Of a DNA stretch of 31,855 bases, positions 15,058 through 21,189 are shown piece by piece. Position numbers and translations under genes: made by a program. Under the pieces are notes generated by a model. The model was given only the letters and a program-made list of their open reading frames with translations, made no database searches and was not told the origin of the DNA. Source of the DNA: a virus (taxonomy: Duplodnaviria; Heunggongvirae; Uroviricota; Caudoviricetes). The DNA lies in the IMG/VR virus record IMGVR_UViG_3300049048_000035, positions 1 to 31,855 of that record; one strand, given 5' to 3'. Position 1 is the stretch's first letter, and every line of letters begins with the position of its first letter.

Positions 15058-15189
15058 TAGGATCGTTGCAGCACACAATAATATACTCAGCCTGTTAAGC
15101 TCGTGGGCCGGGTTCGATTCCCGGTGTCTCCGTATCAGGGGAGACATGGTGTAGTGGACAGCACACGTAATGTAGAAAAAGCGATCCTG
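15058..15189 (+). ncRNA. CAGCA-stem ncRNA copy 4 with an Asn-like anticodon hairpin and a permuted tRNA domain
   Basis: TAGGATCGT/GCGATCCTG stem; AGC-CTGTTAA-GCT; T arm, TGTCTCC/GGAGACA acceptor, D arm. Confidence 0.8.
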
Positions 15190-15234
15190 TTATCCAACCA
15201 TGTCCTGTAAAGGACTCATTTCAAGGAGAGAGAA

Positions 15235-16656
15235 ATGAACGCATTTGTTAAGGGTGTTGTGTCGTCGTCTAACAAGACGCGCACTGAGAACGGCATGGCT
15301 TCGTTGAAGTCGTCGTTGAACGCTAACGTTGATCTGTTTTTCGCCATTGGGGCTTCCCGTGGCAAGGATTTGACTACGGCTTTCGACCGTGCATATGCCG
15401 AAGACCCGGATATGGCTATCCGCTGCCTGTTGTGGGCGCGTGATGCTCGTGGTGGTGCTGGTGAGCGTGATATGTTCCGCAACCTGATGCAACACCTTGA
15501 GAACACTGGCCGTCAGCACCTGGTTGAGCGCATCCTGCCGCTGGTTCCTGAACTGGGCCGCTGGGATGACCTGCTGGTGTTCAAGACGGAAGCAGTGAAG
15601 AACAAGGCTATGTCTTTGATCGGTCAGGCTCTGTTCGAGCAAAATCAGCTTGCTGCTAAGTGGATGCCCCGTAAGGGCAAGATCGCTCAGGAGCTTCGCA
15701 CGTTCTTCGGTCTGACTCCGAAGCAGTACCGTAAGGGGCTGGTTGCGCTGTCTAACACTGTTGAACAGCGTATGTGTGCAAAGCAATGGGACTCCATTGA
15801 GTTTGGTAAGCTGCCGTCACTGGCTTCTGCCCGCTACCAGAAGGCTTTCCTGCGCAACGCTGCTGAAAAGTATGCGCTGTACAAGAATGCTCTGGTGAAG
15901 GGTGAAGCGAAGATCAACGCATCCGTGGCATACCCGTATGACGTGACTCGTTCACTGAATTACGGGGACGCAACTGTGGCTGACGCTCAGTGGAAGGCTC
16001 TGCCTAACTACTTGAGCAAGGATGCCAAGCTGCTGCCGATGATCGACGTGTCTAGCTCTATGGGTGTGAAGGTCGGGGACAACCCTAACCTTACTTGCAT
16101 GGAAGTAGCTATCGGTCTTGGTCTGTATGTTGCAACGAAGCAGGAAGGCCCGTTCGCGGGTATGTACCTGACGTTCCACGATCATCCGACACTTGAAGTG
16201 CTGAAGAAGGGCAACCTGAAGACTCAGTACAATCAAGTCAAGTCGTCTGCTTGGGGCGGTTCCACCAACTTTGAGGGTGCGTACATGCGTATCCTGCAAG
16301 TTGCGGTTCAGAACAACGTCAAGCCGGAAGACATGCCAGATTACATGATCGTGTTCAGCGACATGCAGTTCAATTCTGCCCAAGGCTACTACGGCCTAGC
16401 CGGCCGCAACGACACGGCTTTCACGGCTGCCAAGAAGGCTTTTGCCAACGCTGGTTACAAGCTTCCGAAGATCATCTTCTGGAACCTTGCAGCCCGTGCT
16501 GGTCAAACTCCGGTCACGTATGACCAAGATGGAACGGCTCTTGTGTCGGGCTTCAGCCCTTCGCTGATGACCTCCATCCTGTCTGCAAAGACCGTGACGC
16601 CTGAAGGGATTATGCGTGAAACGCTGATGAAGCCGCGCTATAATCTGCCGGCTTAA
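15235..16656 (+). CDS. DUF2828-type TROVE/Ro60-like helical domain plus vWA protein
   Basis: RDARGGAGER, GRWDDL, AAKWMPR, YPYD, QWKAL, MIDVSSSM (MIDAS), WGGSTNF, VFSDMQF, IFWNL, VSGFSPSL; AAGGAG RBS. Confidence 0.8.
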   Translation: MNAFVKGVVSSSNKTRTENGMASLKSSLNANVDLFFAIGASRGKDLTTAFDRAYAEDPDMAIRCLLWARDARGGAGERDMFRNLMQHLENTGRQHLVERILPLVPELGRWDDLLVFKTEAVKNKAMSLIGQALFEQNQLAAKWMPRKGKIAQELRTFFGLTPKQYRKGLVALSNTVEQRMCAKQWDSIEFGKLPSLASARYQKAFLRNAAEKYALYKNALVKGEAKINASVAYPYDVTRSLNYGDATVADAQWKALPNYLSKDAKLLPMIDVSSSMGVKVGDNPNLTCMEVAIGLGLYVATKQEGPFAGMYLTFHDHPTLEVLKKGNLKTQYNQVKSSAWGGSTNFEGAYMRILQVAVQNNVKPEDMPDYMIVFSDMQFNSAQGYYGLAGRNDTAFTAAKKAFANAGYKLPKIIFWNLAARAGQTPVTYDQDGTALVSGFSPSLMTSILSAKTVTPEGIMRETLMKPRYNLPA

Positions 16657-16667
16657 AGAGAGAAAGT

Positions 16668-16685
16668 CTAGGGCTTCGGCCCTAG
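16668..16685 (+). other. UUCG-capped hairpin after the TROVE-like gene (processing or stability element)
   Basis: CTAGGGC-TTCG-GCCCTAG with no U tract. Confidence 0.6.
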
Positions 16686-16695
16686 CAAGAACAAC

Positions 16696-16770
16696 TGCGA
16701 GGTAGTTCAAAGGAAGAACAGGAGTCTCATAAGCTCCCCGGTGACAGTTCGAGTCTGTCCTTCGCAACCA
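16696..16770 (+). tRNA. tRNA with CAT anticodon (elongator Met or Ile2)
   Basis: GGAGT-CTCATAA-GCTCC; lacks the three G:C initiator pairs; CCA. Confidence 0.85.
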
Positions 16771-16775
16771 ACAAT

Positions 16776-16851
16776 GGCCCTATGATCTAGTGGTATATGA
16801 TGCCTCTCTGTCTAAGAGGAAGTCGGAGTTCGATTCTCCGTAGGGTCGCCA
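16776..16851 (+). tRNA. tRNA-Asp(GTC)
   Basis: CCTCT-CTGTCTA-AGAGG (U37); G73 and CCA. Confidence 0.88.
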
Positions 16852-16859
16852 GAAAGTCG

Positions 16860-16888
16860 TTGACAAAGATAAAGTCAAGCCGGATAAT
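16860..16888 (+). promoter_or_regulatory. Probable sigma70-type promoter
   Basis: TTGACA-17 nt-GATAAT. Confidence 0.55.
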
Positions 16889-16900
16889 CGTAACCGGATT

Positions 16901-16982
16901 CATTGCTCAGCCCTACCTGCACATATCGCGCGAGTGCAAGGTCGGTGGTATGCTAGGTTCGACTCCTAGGGGCTGAGCAATG
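16901..16982 (+). ncRNA. tRNA-like element with acceptor stem and T arm but no D or anticodon arm
   Basis: 13 bp CATTGCTCAGCCC/GGGCTGAGCAATG; CTAGG-TTCGACT-CCTAG. Confidence 0.55.
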
Positions 16983-17069
16983 GAAGTATGGCAGAGTGGA
17001 CGATTGCACCGCATTGCTAATGCGCAGACTCGCAAGGGTCCGAAGGTTCAAATCCTTCTACTTCCACCA
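16982..17069 (+). tRNA. tRNA-Ser(GCT)
   Basis: Loop TTGCTAA; long variable arm; CCA. Confidence 0.88.
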
Positions 17070-17075
17070 AACAAC

Positions 17076-17150
17076 ATACCGTGGGACGGCTGGTGTGGTC
17101 AGCAGGCTTTCACCCTGCGCAGATGGGATCAAAACCCATACGGTATACCA
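17076..17150 (+). tRNA. tRNA-Glu(TTC), atypical T loop
   Basis: GCAGG-CTTTCAC-CCTGC; T-loop ATCAAAA; CCA. Confidence 0.8.
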
Positions 17151-17160
17151 TAAACGAATT

Positions 17161-17225
17161 TAGGATGCTTCCAGCAAACTTTATACATTTCAAGCCATTA
17201 TTTTGAAAAAGTAAAAGCATCCTGT
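17161..17225 (+). ncRNA. CAGCA-stem ncRNA copy 5
   Basis: First 18 nt (TAGGATGCTTCCAGCAAA) and 3' AGCATCCTG identical to copy 1; internal TTTCAAG-CCATTAT-TTTGAAA hairpin. Confidence 0.72.
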
Positions 17226-17233
17226 TATACAAT

Positions 17234-17311
17234 GCCTGGGTAGCTGAGTTGGCTTTAGCGCTGGTTTGAAAGTCCAGAGTACGGTGGTTCGATCCCACCC
17301 CGCAGGCACCA
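17234..17311 (+). tRNA. tRNA-Phe(GAA)
   Basis: Loop TTGAAAG; canonical T arm; CCA; bulge in acceptor stem. Confidence 0.82.
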
Positions 17312-17431
17312 GAATGCGTTGTGGACGCACAACGAAACTTGCGTACCCGTAGGTTCCCTCCCTTAAAGAGCGAAAGCGGGTTGGATGACTACGCAAGCAC
17401 GCTACCAAGACCCGAGGGTAGCACTAACAAT

Positions 17432-17508
17432 TGACCATGAGCAAGCAAGGTGAACGCGCTCCGCTGTTAACGGAGATATGCTGGGTTCGATTCCTAGATG
17501 GTCAGCCA
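17432..17508 (+). tRNA. tRNA-Asn(GTT)
   Basis: CTCCG-CTGTTAA-CGGAG; G73 and CCA. Confidence 0.87.
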
Positions 17509-17514
17509 TATAAT

Positions 17515-17591
17515 CCGAGCATAGCTCAGTCTGGTAGAGCTACTGGTTTGGGGCCAGAGGGCCGGAGGTTCGAATCCTTCTGCTCGGACCA
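17515..17591 (+). tRNA. tRNA-Pro(TGG)
   Basis: Loop TTTGGGG; canonical D and T arms; CCA. Confidence 0.92.
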
Positions 17592-17682
17592 AAATGATGC
17601 GCTGGGTAAGTCAACCCATAAGGGAGCCCCAGTGTGAAGGGTGCAGTCCGAGGTACGGCACATTAAAAATTCCTCGGGCCGT

Positions 17683-17758
17683 GGTAGCCAATGTTCCAAG
17701 GCTGGCGAGCGGGACTCCAAATCCTGCTGGTGGAGTTCGATTCTCTAGGTTACTGCCA
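17683..17758 (+). tRNA. tRNA-Trp(CCA)
   Basis: CGGGA-CTCCAAA-TCCTG; G73 and CCA. Confidence 0.82.
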
Positions 17759-17799
17759 AATTCATTATACAACATCCTCAACTTTGTTGTATAACCTGT

Positions 17800-17874
17800 T
17801 GGGGACAAATCGACAAGGGCAGATACTAGTCTTTGAAACTAGGTGGTCAGGAGCGTTACCTGAGTCCCCTGCCA
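17800..17874 (+). tRNA. tRNA-Gln(TTG), atypical T loop
   Basis: CTAGT-CTTTGAA-ACTAG; T-loop AGCGTTA; 1:72 mismatch; CCA. Confidence 0.8.
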
Positions 17875-17881
17875 AAACAAT

Positions 17882-17957
17882 CTCGCCTTCGTACAAGGGA
17901 ACAGTACGCAACGCTACGAACGTTGAAATAGGAGTTCGAATCTCTTAGGCGGGTCCA
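17882..17957 (+). tRNA. tRNA-Arg(ACG)
   Basis: CAACG-CTACGAA-CGTTG; CCA. Confidence 0.9.
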
Positions 17958-17959
17958 AT

Positions 17960-18035
17960 AGCTCCGTGCCGGAATGGCAATCGGTACTGCCTGCAAAGCT
18001 GATATACGTGGGTTCGATTCCCACCGGAGCCTCCA
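17960..18035 (+). tRNA. tRNA-Cys(GCA)
   Basis: Loop CTGCAAA; U73 and CCA; weak anticodon stem. Confidence 0.8.
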
Positions 18036-18040
18036 TCTAT

Positions 18041-18118
18041 TCGGTTAAAGCCTGAGCCCTCTTCGGGGTTTCTCTCTTCTCCTTGACCGGAGTTGGGTTC
18101 AGGCTTTAGCCGATTTTT
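18041..18118 (+). terminator. 19 bp inverted repeat plus U tract closing the tRNA array
   Basis: TCGGTTAAAGCCTGAGCCC pairs with GGGTTCAGGCTTTAGCCGA, followed by TTTTT. Confidence 0.6.
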
Positions 18119-18142
18119 GTCGTTTGAATTTTACGGAGAGAT

Positions 18143-19606
18143 ATGAGCGAAGACCGACTAGTCTTCGGCCCATGCAGCGAAAAGCAACGTCTAATCCTAA
18201 TGGATGATGAGACTGATATTCTGCTTTGCGGTGGTGGAGCCGGGGGCGGAAAATCACGTACCTGTCTGACAAAGGCTCTAAGGTACATCAATGATCCAAG
18301 TGCCCGGATTATGATTGTACGTCGATCCTACCCTATGCTGAAGCTGTCGGGTGGTCTGATTGACGAATCGAAGTCGATTTACACGCACTTCAAGGGCATC
18401 TTCAAAGTCCAAACCTCAACTTGGCACTTCCCCAACGGAGCTACAATTCAGTTTGCTCCTATTCCTGACGACGTTAAGGAATGGCAAGGGGCTCAGATTA
18501 CTCACTTCCTTGTAGACGAGGCTGCTGAGTTTACTGAAGATGAAATTCTTTTTCTTATCTCACGTCTGCGTTCTGCGACGTTTAAGGGTCACAAGTCTAT
18601 CACACTGACTTGCAACCCATCCCGAGAATCGTTCCTATACGATTGGGTGCAATACTCCCTTGACGAGAATACTGGTGTTCCTTTGCCTGGCACTGAGAAC
18701 CGTATTCGATACATGGTCAACATCGGAGGCAAGACTAAGTTTGCCGACTCAGCCGATGAACTATGGGAGCGCTACGGAGAGCCGGGAGGCTACTGCCGTG
18801 ACCCAGCGAAGGGCAAGGTCAACTTCATCGTTCGTACCTTCCGCTTCATCCCTCTGACGATCTATGACAACCCGATCCTTCTGAAGAACGATCCGGGCTA
18901 CCTAGCGAACCTGCTAGCTCAGAACCGTGTTGACCAGCTACGCTACCTGCATGGCTCTTGGACGGCCCGTGCTACAGGCTCTGGCTTCTTCCGTAGAGAG
19001 TGGGTTAAGTTCGTGGAGCCCCACGAGGTTCCGACCAACGTGACCAGTCGAGTGCGTTCATGGGACTTGGCTGCCTCCGTTGTGTCAGAGGCTAACAAAG
19101 ACCCTGACTGGACAGCCGGTGTCAAGATGAGCCGGGACAAGCTGGGCAGATACTATATCGAAGACGTTAGACGATTCAGAAAGCTAACTGACGGTGTAGT
19201 TAAAGAGATTATTACAACAGCTATTAGCGATGGGTTGGATGACTGCAAGGTCACGATTCCTAAAGACCCCGGCGCTGGTGGTAAGACAGCTAATTCATTC
19301 TTCCTGAAGACTCTTGCTGAGAATGGCGTATACGCCCGCTCCGTACAGGTATCAGGTCACGTAGGCAAGATTAAGCGTTTCCTTCCATTCTGCACATTGG
19401 CAGAATCAGGATTCGTTTATGTTGTACGTGGAGATTGGAATGAGGAATGGCTGACTGAGTTGGAATTCTTTGAAGGCGAGCGTAATCAGAAAGACGACCA
19501 AGTTGACGCAACTGCGGATGCTTTCAATACGCTATCAAAAGAAATCATGCTCCCTACATTTGCAGTTCCTATTTTGGAGCAAGCTTCTCCAATTCCAACT
19601 GCGTAA
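18143..19606 (+). CDS. terL: Terminase large subunit
   Basis: GGGAGGGKS Walker A, HFLVDEAAE Walker B, TCNP coupling motif, RSWDLA and KDDQVDA nuclease motifs. Confidence 0.95.
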   Translation: MSEDRLVFGPCSEKQRLILMDDETDILLCGGGAGGGKSRTCLTKALRYINDPSARIMIVRRSYPMLKLSGGLIDESKSIYTHFKGIFKVQTSTWHFPNGATIQFAPIPDDVKEWQGAQITHFLVDEAAEFTEDEILFLISRLRSATFKGHKSITLTCNPSRESFLYDWVQYSLDENTGVPLPGTENRIRYMVNIGGKTKFADSADELWERYGEPGGYCRDPAKGKVNFIVRTFRFIPLTIYDNPILLKNDPGYLANLLAQNRVDQLRYLHGSWTARATGSGFFRREWVKFVEPHEVPTNVTSRVRSWDLAASVVSEANKDPDWTAGVKMSRDKLGRYYIEDVRRFRKLTDGVVKEIITTAISDGLDDCKVTIPKDPGAGGKTANSFFLKTLAENGVYARSVQVSGHVGKIKRFLPFCTLAESGFVYVVRGDWNEEWLTELEFFEGERNQKDDQVDATADAFNTLSKEIMLPTFAVPILEQASPIPTA

Positions 19607-19609
19607 GTA

Positions 19610-19638
19610 TTGACAAAATACGTTTCATAATGTATAAT
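19610..19638 (+). promoter_or_regulatory. Consensus sigma70 promoter for the head genes
   Basis: TTGACA-17 nt-TATAAT. Confidence 0.85.
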
Positions 19639-19664
19639 GAGCATCAATTGAAGGAGTAGCAAAT

Positions 19665-21179
19665 ATGCCTGAAGCGAAAACGCCAGAAGGCGTAAGCTCC
19701 GCTGCTATGGCTCCTGATGACGGTAATATCATCCCTCGTATTCGACTAGGTGAGCAAGGTATTACAGGTCTGAAGACCAGCGCAAACAGAATTATCGAAG
19801 AAACGCAGCGTGCGTTCCGCTACCCTGAGTTTATCAGAACAGTCGCAGAAATGAGCCATAACCCCACAGTGGGAGCGGCTACAAACGTTTGGCGAATGAT
19901 GATTTCTCGGGTTGAATGGGATGTGGAGGCACCGAAGGGTGCCGACGACAAGCTGAAGGATCGTGCCAAGCTCGTCCGCACAATGATGGACGACATGGAC
20001 AATCAATCATGGTCTGCGTTCATTGAAGAAGTCATCCCCTACCTGTGGTATGGCTTTGATGTACACGAGATTGTACTACGTCGCCGTCTGAAAGCCAATG
20101 GTTCCAAGTTCAATGATGGACTGGTTGGAATCAAGAAGCTAGCCCCTCGTGCCCAAGACACTATCTGTGGTTGGGTGTTCTCTGAGGATGGCTCTGAGCT
20201 AATGGGCTGCCAACAGACAATCGCCTACGTCGAAAACAATCAACGATTTGCTAATCGTGTTGACCCTGCGACTGGAAAGATTTTCATTCCCCGCAAGAAG
20301 TTCCTGCTGTTCTCAGCATCGGCAACTAAGGGCAACCCCGAAGGCAACAGTATTTTCAAGAATATCTACCTTGCTTACAAGCAGCTAAGCCTGCTGCAAG
20401 ATCAAGAGCTTCTTGGCATTGCCAAGGATGTTCAAGGGATTCTGAAAATTGAGATTCCTCCCCGATACCTGGCTATCGACGCCAGCCCGGAGGATAAGGC
20501 TGCTGTTGCTGCATTCCAGCAAATCATCGACAACTACAATGCTGGGACACAACGCGGTCTGCTTGTTCCCAACATGCACGATCCTGATACGAAGCTTCCA
20601 CTATTTACCTACGAACTCATGGAGTCCAAGGGTGGAGCTAAGTATGACACGGAAAGCGTCATTCGTCGCCTACAAGGTGACATTCTTTCAGCCCTGTCTG
20701 TTGACATTCTGAAGCTGGGTGCCGAAGGCTCTGGCTCATTCTCGCTTGCTGAGAGCAAGTCTTCTGTGCTTGCCCTAGCGATTGATTATCGCCTGCGCGA
20801 GATTGCGGAAGTCCTGAATAACCACCTGATGCGTCTGATCTTTGAAATGAACGGCTGGGATACAACGTCCCTTCCTAAGTTCGTTTATAAGGACGTTGAA
20901 GAGGTAAGCCTAGAAGAATTCTCTAAGGCAATTCAGCGTGTTGCTTCTACAAGCATGATCGAACTTGACCGTCCTGTGATGAACCGCATTCGTGAGGTTC
21001 TACGCATCCCGCTAAAGGGTGAGGATGAGGAAGTTGATAAGGACGCACTACCGACCTCCATTGCAGGAGTAGCTAGCGCAGCCGGTAAGGGAATGGAAGT
21101 AGGAACGACAGGCGACGGAACTAGCAAGTCTTCGTCCGGTAAGGACAGGTCTTCTAGCAATTCCGATCATTCTGCCTAA
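19665..21179 (+). CDS. Portal protein (DUF935-like)
   Basis: Position after TerL, 504 aa, GFDVHEIV, KGNPEGNSIF and GSFSLAE motifs. Confidence 0.88.
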   Translation: MPEAKTPEGVSSAAMAPDDGNIIPRIRLGEQGITGLKTSANRIIEETQRAFRYPEFIRTVAEMSHNPTVGAATNVWRMMISRVEWDVEAPKGADDKLKDRAKLVRTMMDDMDNQSWSAFIEEVIPYLWYGFDVHEIVLRRRLKANGSKFNDGLVGIKKLAPRAQDTICGWVFSEDGSELMGCQQTIAYVENNQRFANRVDPATGKIFIPRKKFLLFSASATKGNPEGNSIFKNIYLAYKQLSLLQDQELLGIAKDVQGILKIEIPPRYLAIDASPEDKAAVAAFQQIIDNYNAGTQRGLLVPNMHDPDTKLPLFTYELMESKGGAKYDTESVIRRLQGDILSALSVDILKLGAEGSGSFSLAESKSSVLALAIDYRLREIAEVLNNHLMRLIFEMNGWDTTSLPKFVYKDVEEVSLEEFSKAIQRVASTSMIELDRPVMNRIREVLRIPLKGEDEEVDKDALPTSIAGVASAAGKGMEVGTTGDGTSKSSSGKDRSSSNSDHSA

Positions 21180-21189
21180 AGGAGTTCTG

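Noticed and set aside
14791-15189. Repeat array read as a CRISPR array
   Set aside because: Repeats are not identical, each unit's ends pair with each other, interior lengths vary widely and are tRNA-like, and no cas genes are present
15190-16383. Minus-strand ORFs of 198, 96 and 143 aa
   Set aside because: Shadows of the DUF2828-type gene with no independent signals
17354-17374. 7-nt loop CCTTAAA as an ochre-suppressor (TTA) anticodon
   Set aside because: No surrounding D arm, T arm or acceptor stem; genes in the window end normally at TAA, so there is no sign of recoding
17330-17400. GAAAC and TGGATGA as a hammerhead core, or AGG-TTCCCTC-CCT as an HDV/theta ribozyme P3
   Set aside because: The required stem II and P1 pairings are not present in the right order
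17636-17650. AAGGGTGCAGTCC resembling a group I intron S element, with GACTAC at 17387 as R
   Set aside because: No P/Q elements or interrupted exon; two intact tRNAs lie between the motifs
13678-18291. Assorted 60-105 aa ORFs across the tRNA array
   Set aside because: They overlap well-formed tRNA or ncRNA genes and lack RBSs
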